DNA from: a virus
Lineage: Duplodnaviria; Caudoviricetes
Virus record (IMG/VR): IMGVR_UViG_3300009193_000003
Location: 1-40,812 of that record
Direction: 5' to 3' (one strand)
DNA length: 40,812 bases
Part shown: piece by piece, positions 25,402 to 35,205 of the stretch
How the letters are laid out: each line of letters starts with the position of its first letter
Numbering within the stretch: position 1 is the first letter of the stretch
Made by a program: the position numbers and the translations under genes
The notes under the pieces: model-generated
What the model was told of the DNA's origin: nothing
What the model saw: only the letters and a program-made list of their open reading frames with translations
The model's database searches: none

Positions 25402-26070
25402 TTAAGTTTTCGGTGTCATTGATGCAGCTAAATAAGCTCCAACATCACCAGATTTTTTAGCAGCTTCAGCAGCTTCATTAACTACTTCGGTATTTGCAGG
25501 AGTTGTATTCCCACCAAGACCATCACCGCCAGAATTTTGTGGTGCTAAACAATAGGCTTTGCCTTCGTCACTCTGCGACCATTCTTGTATGTATTCGCTT
25601 TGCGTTTTGTCACCGATCATGGCTTTGCCATCAATGACTTTTGATTGAGATTCAAAAAAAGCCTTTGTTGTATTTGCAAACAACGGGTTTAGTTTTATCT
25701 CGTTCAATTGTGAGCTAATGCCATCCGTGATCAATCGTTTGGCTTCGCTCTGTTTGTAACTCGTATTTTCTTCTAGTAGCGCTTGTTTTTCTTTTTCCCA
25801 AGCAGATTTTTGTAATTCGCTTGCTTGATTCCAATTCTCAGCAGCTTTAGCCGCTTCAATTTCAGCAGTGCTTTTAAATGCCTCAAGCTCCGCTAGTTTT
25901 GCTTTTTCAGCAGCCGACAAAGTTTCAGTTTTAGAAACCTTGCCGAGTAATTCAGCGTTTTTATTAGCTAAACCCTCTGCTCGCTTGTTTGCTGCTGCAA
26001 GTATCAATTCGGCAGCGTTTTCTGCTGATAAGTCAATGCTTGCTAAGTCTTTATCAAATTCGTTTAACAT
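25402..26070 (-). CDS. Capsid scaffolding protein
   Basis: Coiled coil, GLANKNAELL, C-terminal SGGDGLGG linker; precedes the capsid gene. Confidence 0.8.
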   Translation of the reverse strand: MLNEFDKDLASIDLSAENAAELILAAANKRAEGLANKNAELLGKVSKTETLSAAEKAKLAELEAFKSTAEIEAAKAAENWNQASELQKSAWEKEKQALLEENTSYKQSEAKRLITDGISSQLNEIKLNPLFANTTKAFFESQSKVIDGKAMIGDKTQSEYIQEWSQSDEGKAYCLAPQNSGGDGLGGNTTPANTEVVNEAAEAAKKSGDVGAYLAASMTPKT

Positions 26071-26160
26071 GGTTATACCCTTTGGGCTTGTTAAGTGCTT
26101 TGCACTGTAATAATTCTAGTACATTTTACCACTGTTTTATATTAAATCAAAATTAAGGCC

Positions 26161-26189
26161 TTGACCTGCTAAATTAGCCGTAGTACGAT
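26161..26189 (+). promoter_or_regulatory. Sigma70 promoter of moron island 2
   Basis: TTGACC-17-TACGAT. Confidence 0.7.
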
Positions 26190-26218
26190 AGATTAATAAT
26201 TTAACTACGTGAGGCATT

Positions 26219-26380
26219 ATGAACGAAGCAACAAGGCAATTAAGAAAGAAAGGTTACACTGTGAATGAATTCTTATTAATCATAAACAGAAAGCTTACAT
26301 GGTGGAATACACACAAACACGAAAGCGGCAAGGATAATGACTTCCTAATGCTATCGATTAAAGGTTTAGAGGATAAATAA
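26219..26380 (+). CDS. Small, possibly HTH protein (53 aa, not in ORF track)
   Basis: GAGG SD; MNEATRQLRKKGYTVNEFLLIINRKLTWW... Confidence 0.6.
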   Translation: MNEATRQLRKKGYTVNEFLLIINRKLTWWNTHKHESGKDNDFLMLSIKGLEDK

Positions 26381-26542
26381 ATGAATGTTGAACTAGATAC
26401 AACGTACTTAGTATGGGTCGGAGTTGCCTTTTTAATATTCGCATTGCGCGAGGTTAATTGCTGGTATTGGAAAGTTAATAAGTCGGTTGATATTCAGCAA
26501 AAAATACTTGATGAATTAGTTAAATTAAATAAAGGAGAATAA
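26381..26542 (+). CDS. Small single-TM protein (53 aa, not in ORF track)
   Basis: GAGGA SD; YLVWVGVAFLIFALREVNCWYWKVNK. Confidence 0.65.
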   Translation: MNVELDTTYLVWVGVAFLIFALREVNCWYWKVNKSVDIQQKILDELVKLNKGE

Positions 26543-26546
26543 ATAA

Positions 26547-27374
26547 ATGAGTAAATTAAAAACGGTCTGGGATGCAGTAAATGAGTTACGTGGCGATTTG
26601 AACAACGCTGCTCGCGCAGATACACAAACGTACCTTAAGTTTTCACTGGTTACCCATACTTGGCTATGTAGTGCCTCTTCGATAGCAAATCACTCTTACG
26701 AGGACGTTTGCACTATCGCTGAATTCAACGCACTAGTAGATAGTATGTCTCGTCATGCAGGAGATGAGCTTTACGAAAGATACGTCAGAGTAGCTAAAAC
26801 GCCATTAAAAAAGGAATCTGAAGTGGATTACACGCCAGAAGAGTTCTGGAAAGATGCGCCAGAGGGTGCTACACATCATTGCGGTGCACACAACGAATTT
26901 AGCGAGGTTTGGATAAAAGACCTAAAAGAAGATAGCTACTCATTTCGTGTTGTTGGTAGTCTTTATGCGTCTGACGAGTGGAGGTGTACAAACCCTATAG
27001 TGCGTGATGAATTAAAATATCTAACGCCACGACCACAACCTAAACCAGTAAAGCAAGTATACACACAGGCTATGGCTGATAACGGCGAGTTGCCTAAAGT
27101 TGGTATGAAGTGCTTATTTAAAATGAATGGAGAATATAAGACGATTACTGTTTTATATAACTCGCAAGAAGTCATGGTTTTTAGCTATACCTTTGATGGG
27201 GTGATGGTTGAAGATGCAAGGGTTAAGTCATTTAATAATATCGACATTAAACCAATCGATCAACGCACAAAGAAAGAAAAGGCTATTGATGAAATTGAGA
27301 GCGAGCTTTCTAAAATTGCTTATTCAACTCGGTCAGCACTTGAATTAGCTTATGATGAATGGGTAGGTGAGTAA
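26547..27374 (+). CDS. Mosaic phage hypothetical protein
   Basis: AGGAG SD; WKDAPEGATH and GELPKVGMKC modules. Confidence 0.8.
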   Translation: MSKLKTVWDAVNELRGDLNNAARADTQTYLKFSLVTHTWLCSASSIANHSYEDVCTIAEFNALVDSMSRHAGDELYERYVRVAKTPLKKESEVDYTPEEFWKDAPEGATHHCGAHNEFSEVWIKDLKEDSYSFRVVGSLYASDEWRCTNPIVRDELKYLTPRPQPKPVKQVYTQAMADNGELPKVGMKCLFKMNGEYKTITVLYNSQEVMVFSYTFDGVMVEDARVKSFNNIDIKPIDQRTKKEKAIDEIESELSKIAYSTRSALELAYDEWVGE

Positions 27375-27562
27375 TGATAGTTTCAAACGGAAAATCAAGA
27401 TGCCAAGTAAAAAGGATAGATGGTGTAGACTTTTGTTTAAATGTAATGACAGGAGATGGCAACCCAATGCCACTAACAAGCGTCTATAAGTTAATTAAAA
27501 ACCCAATAACAAAAGGATTGCTTGCTAACGGCTGGATCCATCACTTAACTACCCATCAATAG
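27374..27562 (+). CDS. Hypothetical protein
   Basis: TAATG coupling; 62 aa. Confidence 0.55.
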   Translation: MIVSNGKSRCQVKRIDGVDFCLNVMTGDGNPMPLTSVYKLIKNPITKGLLANGWIHHLTTHQ

Positions 27563-28685
27563 AGTCAAATGCAAGCTGCAACGATTGCTTCTTGCGTAAT
27601 TCACCGAGTGGTATCGGTCTAAACAATTCATCAATAGTTAGTTTTTGAAACTGTTTAGCCGATAATCCACCGTTTACTAATAAGCTGCCGCGCTCTTTTC
27701 CTAGTACGTCTTGCACGAATTCAAGCCCTGCTTTACCCATGCTGCCCTGCTCTTTTAGCCAAGAGTAACCGAATTTATTTGCGCTTACTTGCTGCCCACC
27801 GTTAACACCATTACTAGCTCTTGTTGCTGCGCTGTCATCTATTGCATAGCGCTCATCTAAGATTGCTATAATACTGGTGCGGCAAGACGGATGAAAGGCA
27901 GGCATTGGCTTTGAGGTTGTTTTTACCTTCGTACCGTCAGCCCAGATAATTAAGCCTTTGTTATATACACGCCCGTTATCATGATGCCTACAGATAGTTG
28001 ATGTCCGACCATCTAGTGTAGATATAATTTGATACCCGATTACAATATCATCATTCTCTTTTAGCGTTTCAGCACGTGCATAGTTTGAGATATGATTAGT
28101 TGATGTACGAACCATAGCTTTAATTGATGCGCGGTTTTGATTGGTTAAATAGCCATTCTTTCCTGCGATATCCTGTACTATTTGACCGGTAGTTCTGCCC
28201 GTTAAAAAACCAGTGCGCACGATATTGCCAACGACTTCAATCTGTGCTTTCTCCCAATCTTTAATGAATGACTCAAGAGTTTTTACACCGTTGCTATCTG
28301 GAAATATTAAAGGCTCAGCATTGATAGCAGCCCATACTTGAACTGGTGCAGGTGCCACCAATGCAACTGATGGAGATTTAACAACTGATTTAAGGTTGTC
28401 TAATTCCCATTGTGATTCATTGCTAGAAAAAGGCTCTAACTCAGCAAATAATACATCGTCGTTGTACTCACCATAAATTGTTAACGATACGCTGCGCCAC
28501 TGAGTTACTAGTTGATTGATACGTCGAATGCTTTGTGTTGTCTCGGGTGCGTCCATCATGATTAATTTAAATTCACGAGTAAGGCGCTCTAAATACGGGT
28601 CGAATAGATTAGCTAAACGACCTGCGAAGCGTTGCGTGTAAATACCATGTCGCGTAGATTGATTGATCAACCGCTCTGTTGTCAT
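27549..28685 (-). CDS. Head morphogenesis protein (SPP1 gp7/Mu gpF family)
   Basis: STLDGRTSTICR...PAFHPSCRTSI; follows the portal gene. Confidence 0.9.
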   Translation of the reverse strand: MTTERLINQSTRHGIYTQRFAGRLANLFDPYLERLTREFKLIMMDAPETTQSIRRINQLVTQWRSVSLTIYGEYNDDVLFAELEPFSSNESQWELDNLKSVVKSPSVALVAPAPVQVWAAINAEPLIFPDSNGVKTLESFIKDWEKAQIEVVGNIVRTGFLTGRTTGQIVQDIAGKNGYLTNQNRASIKAMVRTSTNHISNYARAETLKENDDIVIGYQIISTLDGRTSTICRHHDNGRVYNKGLIIWADGTKVKTTSKPMPAFHPSCRTSIIAILDERYAIDDSAATRASNGVNGGQQVSANKFGYSWLKEQGSMGKAGLEFVQDVLGKERGSLLVNGGLSAKQFQKLTIDELFRPIPLGELRKKQSLQLAFDSIDG

Positions 28686-30106
28686 TATTCCATGCCAGTA
28701 TTGTTAGTTTCTATTTGCGCCATATATTCTTCTAGCGTTTTATCAGCGTTGATTAACTCGCCTTTTTGTAAAAACGTAAAGAAATCTTCAGTTGGCATCT
28801 TGCCCGCTAAATGCACAGCAAATACAGCTGATAATGTTTGTGCGTCAACGCCAGTAGGGTTGTAATCAGTATTTAATAGATACTCAGTATCTTCTGTACC
28901 ATTCATCCACTTACTAACGAAATTAATAGCTACTGTTAACGCCTTGCTAACAGTAATAGCAATATTAGCAGTTGATGAGCTTTGCGATACTTTATCAAGC
29001 CCTTTAGCTTCTGCTGATTCAGCGCCACTAGTGCGAGGCTTTAATTGTTCAGCACCTAAAGCAGCCATGCGCACTTCCATGTCCTGCAAAGCTATACGTA
29101 AACCGTCTGCATTACCATCAGCTTGCAAAACGTTGAATTGCGCTTGGTCGTTGGCGTTATTCCACTTAACGCCATTGCCTAGCATCATATTACCGCCTGA
29201 TTTAGCGCCTGTTTCAGTGAATATGGCGAATGAGCTATAGTGAAGCTTCCCGCCGTAATCAGCAAATATATTGTAGTGCTGAAAGTTAGCATCAACTAAA
29301 CCAGTAATCGGTGCAGTCTCTTTGCATGGTTCTTCAACCCAGAAAAACGGAATTGAAGTCGAAAATTCGCCATTAATAATAACGGGACTTGCTTCGTTGA
29401 CGATGTTTCCATCAGTGTCGTACATAGCCTGATGATAAACACCTTCTATTAATTCGAGTACGCGATATTGATCTTCAACCTCAACCTTAAAGCCTGTGCG
29501 CTTAGTTTTAGATTCTTTTAGGACCAGTAACGACAATTGCTCTACGTTATTGATAACTGTGTAATCCCAATTAATAATAGACTCGAATTTATAGTGTAGA
29601 ATTTTAGGTCTAAGATTATTATCCTCTACGAATTTTTCACTTGCACCCGTAGGTGTTTCAGGTCGAGCGACTAAAAAGCCAGACCAATCTGAACTGATAG
29701 CCTCACGACAAGCAGCAATAGACATTTCTCGCAGAGTCGTACCTTTGCCATCGATGTTATCACGAATGAATTCAGCTTGTGCAGGCAACTCAGCTTTTGC
29801 TTCTTTGGAGAATATTAAGCCTATTAAGCCCTCAACTGTAATTTGTGTAGCAGCATAAAAGTAAGCTAACTCTAAATACTTCTCATAATCAGCCATGCCT
29901 TCATAAGTTAATTGAGGGTGCTTGCGTAATGACTCACTGCCATCTTCATTGATAACAGTTGAGCAACACATTGAAGCAAGTGGCTTTAGAAACATCTCAC
30001 GACCTGCTTTAACGGCTCGACCGCCTGAGATAGCAGCACGATTACGAATAACCCCAGGTAGTGCGATTGTATATTCTGCTCTTGGTGTTTTTACGTCAGT
30101 TGACAT
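28685..30106 (-). CDS. Portal protein (DUF4055-like)
   Basis: 473 aa after TerL; ESIINW, QYRVLEL, IPFFW. Confidence 0.88.
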   Translation of the reverse strand: MSTDVKTPRAEYTIALPGVIRNRAAISGGRAVKAGREMFLKPLASMCCSTVINEDGSESLRKHPQLTYEGMADYEKYLELAYFYAATQITVEGLIGLIFSKEAKAELPAQAEFIRDNIDGKGTTLREMSIAACREAISSDWSGFLVARPETPTGASEKFVEDNNLRPKILHYKFESIINWDYTVINNVEQLSLLVLKESKTKRTGFKVEVEDQYRVLELIEGVYHQAMYDTDGNIVNEASPVIINGEFSTSIPFFWVEEPCKETAPITGLVDANFQHYNIFADYGGKLHYSSFAIFTETGAKSGGNMMLGNGVKWNNANDQAQFNVLQADGNADGLRIALQDMEVRMAALGAEQLKPRTSGAESAEAKGLDKVSQSSSTANIAITVSKALTVAINFVSKWMNGTEDTEYLLNTDYNPTGVDAQTLSAVFAVHLAGKMPTEDFFTFLQKGELINADKTLEEYMAQIETNNTGME

Positions 30107-30181
30107 TGTTAAGCCTTTTAAAATTGTTTGTCGTCAGCTTAACCAACGAATAATATGTATTATAGCAATATTGCGCACTAG

Positions 30182-31501
30182 TTACACTATCATGCGTCCT
30201 GAGCTTGTTACGTTGCTAGTGACAGGGTGATCATAAGTAATCATATAACCAATAGCTGTTGTTATATGTTGATATTCTGTCTCTTCTTCCTGAAAGCTTG
30301 AACCCTTCTTTAATTGCACTGTACTTAGTCCTTTGTGTGCGTAATTGCAACGTTTAACGTTTACGAACAAACTGACTTCTCCACTAGCTGTGAGTATCTT
30401 AGCTCTTACCGCGTTCTGCCTATCCTTTATTGCCGGAGCTTTCTTGTGTACTTTTCTTGTAAACCTCCAACCATTAGCGCGAAGATAATCTTCCATCTGA
30501 GTATAGTCAGACATGTGACCGTGCTTTTCTCCGGCCCTTCCGGCAGGATCGCCATAAATTATAACGTGCTTGTTTTTATGGTTTTTGTATCTTTCGCAAA
30601 ACTCAATAGCCGACTGTTCTGTTACTGCGCTACTCAATATTATTTCATCAAGTATATAATATTTACCTTTTCTCTTTACCGCGATAGCTGAGCTCATCGG
30701 TGTGTAGTTGAAGTCATGATGCCAAAGCAGCTGCTCATGCTCTTGTATTAATTCATCAGTATGATTATTTGGTGAATAATCTTCGTATATCTTTCCGTTA
30801 GCTGTTTCAAATGATGCGGCAAACTCTTGATTATATTGCTTAGCAGACATGACCTTTTTAGCCTCTGCCGCCATCTCTGGAAATATCTCTTCCGTTTTCC
30901 AGTGAAACACTTTAAACATACCAGTATCATTAACCTTGGCAATTTCACAGAGATCGTAATAATGATTTAAGCCGTCTGGCACACCTAAACACCAACACCA
31001 AGCCCTATAATCTGGCCTTGTTGGATTAACAGTATTTAGCGCTGGGTATATATTGGCCTCCCATGCTTCGCCTTTTAAATCTGCAAATTCATCTATACCG
31101 CCACCTGTCCAAGGTATGCCTTCGATCCTTTGAGGTTTATCTAAGCCTATAACGTGTATTTCACTACCGTTATTTAAGAATATGATTCTATTTGATTCGC
31201 TCGGCTGCTTACTATGAGTAGTAGATAGTGTCATTGCCTTTAAATCATCCCAGAATATTTTTTTAGCTTGGTCGTGTGTCGGTGCCGCTGCAAAATAAAT
31301 ACCTACAATCTTATTTGCTCGCTTAACTAAAAAACGCTTAAATCTTTCTGTCTTTCCAGAACGCCTACCTGACGGAACTAAAGGAAATCTAACACCCTCA
31401 TCTACTGCCGCTATTAAATCAAGCTGAACATCATGATCTTTTAATTCATACCACCTAGCAAGCTGCCTATCAATAGCAGTGTGACCTGTTGATAAATCCA
31501 T
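30182..31501 (-). CDS. terL: Terminase large subunit
   Basis: Walker A SGRRSGKT, Walker B GGGIDE, QEFAASFE, nuclease motifs DFNYTPMS and YGDPAG. Confidence 0.95.
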   Translation of the reverse strand: MDLSTGHTAIDRQLARWYELKDHDVQLDLIAAVDEGVRFPLVPSGRRSGKTERFKRFLVKRANKIVGIYFAAAPTHDQAKKIFWDDLKAMTLSTTHSKQPSESNRIIFLNNGSEIHVIGLDKPQRIEGIPWTGGGIDEFADLKGEAWEANIYPALNTVNPTRPDYRAWCWCLGVPDGLNHYYDLCEIAKVNDTGMFKVFHWKTEEIFPEMAAEAKKVMSAKQYNQEFAASFETANGKIYEDYSPNNHTDELIQEHEQLLWHHDFNYTPMSSAIAVKRKGKYYILDEIILSSAVTEQSAIEFCERYKNHKNKHVIIYGDPAGRAGEKHGHMSDYTQMEDYLRANGWRFTRKVHKKAPAIKDRQNAVRAKILTASGEVSLFVNVKRCNYAHKGLSTVQLKKGSSFQEEETEYQHITTAIGYMITYDHPVTSNVTSSGRMIV

Positions 31502-31932
31502 TAATTCGGCAACTTATCAATTAGCTTACTAAGCGCATCAATTAGAGTATCATCACTATTTACTTCTTTTTCTGGCTCTCTATGTCCTAGTATGGTTTTT
31601 GTTGCCCATATACCGAAAGTCTTATCTATTGCCCCTGCTAGTCCACATTCATATAAATAAGCCTCTTGATAAAGTTTAGCCTTTTTATATGCTTCGGAAA
31701 AGTCAGGCTTTAATAACTCACCATCTTCACCTTTTTGAGTAGCCCAATCATGCAAAGTTGAAACATGAACTCCGCAATTTAAAGCAAACCTAGCCATCGT
31801 AGGGAACTTTGAAACCGTCTTTCTCCCATCTTCATCTACCACGTATGACTCAACATCAAAATAACTTATAAGATCCACTACAAATTTATCGTCGTACTTT
31901 GTTGGTGCGCCCATCTTTGACGAGTTTGCCAT
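31501..31932 (-). CDS. terS: Terminase small subunit
   Basis: GAPTKY...FPTMARFALNCGVHVSTLHDW...FSEAYKKAK; directly upstream of terL. Confidence 0.88.
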   Translation of the reverse strand: MANSSKMGAPTKYDDKFVVDLISYFDVESYVVDEDGRKTVSKFPTMARFALNCGVHVSTLHDWATQKGEDGELLKPDFSEAYKKAKLYQEAYLYECGLAGAIDKTFGIWATKTILGHREPEKEVNSDDTLIDALSKLIDKLPN

Positions 31933-32031
31933 ATACTGCCCCTTTAGAGCGTTTATTCACTGCTTTATTCATTAACCCCGTAATTAGAGTTAATGAATTG
32001 TATTTTTATCCACTATTTTTGATTATTGATA

Positions 32032-32448
32032 CTAAGTATCTGTTAATAATGTTGCGCCTACATCCACTGTGAATGTTTCAGTATCAAGCAAATCAACCGC
32101 TGAGCCTCTGTCATACCAACTAATCAAAGCACCACCGACAGCAGATGAGTTATATAATACAACATATCTAAACTGAGCCATTGAGCCGCCTGAAGCTGTA
32201 AATACTACATCAGCTGTTGGCACTAATGAATATGTACCGTCCGTTTGTGTTGATGATGTAATTGCCACAGTCTCGCCACCAGCAGTATAACCATTGCCTG
32301 CCGCTATCTGTGTGATATCAGCAATAACCGAGTTTGTTTTTACTGGCAATGTGTTTGTTAGTGCAAATTTTAGAGTATCTGAGTCTAACTTGTGAACTCC
32401 ATTACTTCTATCTGCGACGAATTGATCGAACTTATTAAATGTAGCCAT
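32032..32448 (-). CDS. Virion structural protein
   Basis: DTLKFAL...GNGYTAGG...FRYVVLYN motif of phage fibre/decoration proteins. Confidence 0.7.
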   Translation of the reverse strand: MATFNKFDQFVADRSNGVHKLDSDTLKFALTNTLPVKTNSVIADITQIAAGNGYTAGGETVAITSSTQTDGTYSLVPTADVVFTASGGSMAQFRYVVLYNSSAVGGALISWYDRGSAVDLLDTETFTVDVGATLLTDT

Positions 32449-32449
32449 G

Positions 32450-34054
32450 TTAATCCTTAAAGTTTACCGTAATTGTGGTTGGTTTGTATTCTGCTGAATA
32501 TCTATCTTGTGCGAAACCTGCTGTAACAGTGCCTATTGTTTTGTACGTGTCACCTGAGTATTTCAATATTACACTAGTGCCTGATAGTGTGTAGCTCCCA
32601 TTAACTGCAATTATAACACGATTAGAAAATAGATTTACATTGCTACCGATTAACGCATAACTGCCGCTGTCAATAATTGTTTTAGCATTGTATATTAACG
32701 CTATTGATTGACCTGTTAAGTTATAGCTACCATTATTTAAGCTTATTAATCTAGATGCTTTTAAATTAATACCTGAACCGTTTAAGTTAAACGCACCTGA
32801 TTCTATAACCAAATAATCGCCACCAGGTATTGGTGTATAAACTAAAGTTACATCAGTACCTGTTAAATCGTAGCTTCCATTATCAGCAATTAACTTTCTA
32901 GATGATAATAGGTTAACTTGCGTTCCTGTTAATGAGTAAGTGCCTGAGCCTGCAATTACATTAGAGTTATGTATTAACCCTAATGTACCTCCTGATAATA
33001 AATAACCACCTGAATCTATAGTTAATAATTCACCACCGCTTGTAACTTCTATATACTCGCTAGATGTTCCGAAATTATCAGGATCGCTCTGATTAAGAAA
33101 CAAGTCCAACATATAGTTATTATCTCTATACGTGTCAGAAAGGAAGTTGTCTCCTATCAATCCGTCATAGAAATTACTAGTGCCAGCACCCAAAGCGCCT
33201 ATGAACGTATTGTGCAGAATGTTAGGTGCGCCACTATCAGTTATTGTATTCCCTTGCTGTACCCCATTCTTTAATATACGGACCGTATTGCCTGTACGAG
33301 TAACTGTAAGCATCTGCCAGACTAAAGCGGTAGCAGTACCCCGACCATTACTGGATGTTGCGTACCCATCCCAATTATACGATGTGCCGTTTAACCCTAA
33401 ATAAGATCGACCATCTTCAGGGCTAACCCAATTCCCGATAATACCTTGAAATCCAGATAAATCATCGGGATTTATCCACACGCTTTGGGTAAAATCACCA
33501 ACTGGCAGTATTGAATCACCTAAGTCTATATCTGAACTTGAGCCGTTAAATCTTAAAGCGTTGCCGATATTCCCCGTTTCTGATGTCACAGCGTTAGCAA
33601 TTATTGAATTTTGATTGCCAGACGAATCAATTGGGGTTACTGATTCCATGTGCATGCGATTAATTTCATTTACATAAACCGCATTCCGCCCAAATGGTGC
33701 CGCAACAGCGGGCTGCACTGTTTGAGTATCATCTTTACCTAGTGTTATTTTGTCGCCAGCAGTGTAAGTGTCTTTTAAAAGCCATACTTCTGCACTAGGA
33801 CTTCCACCAGTAACAAATGTAACAATATCTAACGGTAGCCGGCCTGTTGGCTGCTCATCTGGCAACCCTGCACTGGAGAATGCTTGCATATCTCCACCGC
33901 CATTAGCGAAAGCATTAACCCCATTAATCGGAGAGCCTGCAACCCCTAAATCTGATTGAGAGAACCAAGCGGCAGATAATAAAAATACAAACCCACCGCT
34001 ATGAGTAGCAGTTGGTGCAGGCAGGGCTCGAGTGAATTTATGGGTTATAGCCAT
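32450..34054 (-). CDS. LamG/concanavalin-A-like lectin-domain virion protein
   Basis: ALRFNGSSS, DFTQSVWINP, WQMLTVT, NFYDGLIGD; C-terminal GxYxLxG repeats. Confidence 0.75.
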   Translation of the reverse strand: MAITHKFTRALPAPTATHSGGFVFLLSAAWFSQSDLGVAGSPINGVNAFANGGGDMQAFSSAGLPDEQPTGRLPLDIVTFVTGGSPSAEVWLLKDTYTAGDKITLGKDDTQTVQPAVAAPFGRNAVYVNEINRMHMESVTPIDSSGNQNSIIANAVTSETGNIGNALRFNGSSSDIDLGDSILPVGDFTQSVWINPDDLSGFQGIIGNWVSPEDGRSYLGLNGTSYNWDGYATSSNGRGTATALVWQMLTVTRTGNTVRILKNGVQQGNTITDSGAPNILHNTFIGALGAGTSNFYDGLIGDNFLSDTYRDNNYMLDLFLNQSDPDNFGTSSEYIEVTSGGELLTIDSGGYLLSGGTLGLIHNSNVIAGSGTYSLTGTQVNLLSSRKLIADNGSYDLTGTDVTLVYTPIPGGDYLVIESGAFNLNGSGINLKASRLISLNNGSYNLTGQSIALIYNAKTIIDSGSYALIGSNVNLFSNRVIIAVNGSYTLSGTSVILKYSGDTYKTIGTVTAGFAQDRYSAEYKPTTITVNFKD

Positions 34055-34272
34055 TACTTACCTTTACTATCCTTGATGCTCTTTTTTATATCTAGAATAT
34101 GTTTAGTGAGTATTGCGATTATTACGCACAAACCGAATATAGAAGTCAAAGCCTTGATGATTGGCTCGCCATAATCAAGCCATGCGTGAGATGTGAACAG
34201 AGAGGTGACAACTAAGGACGTTTTAGGGTGAGCTACTGCCAGCTCTGTCACTTGCTTTATTGTTTCTTTCAT
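34054..34272 (-). CDS. Small membrane protein (holin-like)
   Basis: TM helix followed by a basic C-terminus; lysis region. Confidence 0.55.
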   Translation of the reverse strand: MKETIKQVTELAVAHPKTSLVVTSLFTSHAWLDYGEPIIKALTSIFGLCVIIAILTKHILDIKKSIKDSKGK

Positions 34273-34274
34273 TT

Positions 34275-34736
34275 TTAGCCTTTATTGCTCGCCTGATTTT
34301 TATACATTGTATCACGCGCTTTGCGGCTATCAAAATCAGTAAGAACATCCATAATATGTTCGAAATAAAATCCACGCCCTCCATAGTCTGCTACCCTTAT
34401 TATTAATAGCGCCACTTGAGCTATAGAGATAATTGCATAGATAATATCATAATAAGTGGGTTGAAATCCATTTTTGTACAAAACAATGCCCAACACATTA
34501 ACCAATATTAAAGAATAACTTAAGTAAGATACTAGGCGGTACCTTTTGTTTAGCATGTAACCAATAAAAGCCTCAATTGTTGCCGCTATCGAATAATACA
34601 ATGTAGCCGATAAATCTATTGTAAATAAAAAATAAAAAGCCCACCCAAACAAAAATAATTCAGATGCAAGCTTTGTCTTTTTGTTAAAATAAAGGCCACA
34701 AAAAGCAGCCAATATAAAATACTGATAAGTATACAT
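34275..34736 (-). CDS. Multi-pass membrane protein
   Basis: About 4-5 hydrophobic helices. Confidence 0.75.
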   Translation of the reverse strand: MYTYQYFILAAFCGLYFNKKTKLASELFLFGWAFYFLFTIDLSATLYYSIAATIEAFIGYMLNKRYRLVSYLSYSLILVNVLGIVLYKNGFQPTYYDIIYAIISIAQVALLIIRVADYGGRGFYFEHIMDVLTDFDSRKARDTMYKNQASNKG

Positions 34737-34775
34737 TTACTCTTTGTCCGGATCTTTACCGTTGCCACCTGGCAT
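34737..34775 (-). CDS. Micropeptide MPGGNGKDPDKE (12 aa)
   Basis: AGGAG 6 nt before ATG; stop abuts the next ATG; extended -10 TGTTATAAT at 34810-34818. Confidence 0.6.
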   Translation of the reverse strand: MPGGNGKDPDKE

Positions 34776-34818
34776 AAATACTCCTAACTCAATCATTTAA
34801 AGGAACCTTATTATAACA

Positions 34819-35205
34819 TTATTTTAACCCAACTTTAACTAGCCATTTTTGAACATCAAAACCAGGGCATGTTTTATCAGATACCTCATTGTGACCGATG
34901 ATTTTTGATTGCGGGTATTTAATTAGTAACTTTCTCACTAGATTTTCTAATATCGACCATTGTTCTATCGTGAATTTATCAGTGCCGATTAAGCAAATAC
35001 CTAAACTGTTTTTATTGTGACCGCTAGCGTGTGCACCTTGCCAATACTCGGGACGACCGTTAACAAGTTTACCTTTTCGCTCTATTACGTAGTGATAACC
35101 GATACCGTCCCACCCTTTTTCTTTGTGCCAGCGGTGTATATCTTCTGCTGTATCTTCGCGACCGTTAGGTGATGCGCTGCAATGAATTACTATTTTATTA
35201 ATCAT
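34819..35205 (-). CDS. N-acetylmuramoyl-L-alanine amidase endolysin (T7 lysozyme-like)
   Basis: IVIHCSAS, GWDGIGYHYVI, GAHASGHN, IGHNE...KTCPGFDV. Confidence 0.95.
   Translation of the reverse strand: MINKIVIHCSASPNGREDTAEDIHRWHKEKGWDGIGYHYVIERKGKLVNGRPEYWQGAHASGHNKNSLGICLIGTDKFTIEQWSILENLVRKLLIKYPQSKIIGHNEVSDKTCPGFDVQKWLVKVGLK

Noticed and set aside
31967-31998. 10-bp inverted repeat upstream of terS as a pac/cos site
   Set aside because: AT-rich hairpin equally consistent with a weak terminator; nothing in the sequence discriminates
32560-33030. Periodic repeats in the LamG protein as a diversity-generating retroelement target
   Set aside because: Degenerate protein-level repeats only; no template/variable repeat pair and no reverse transcriptase
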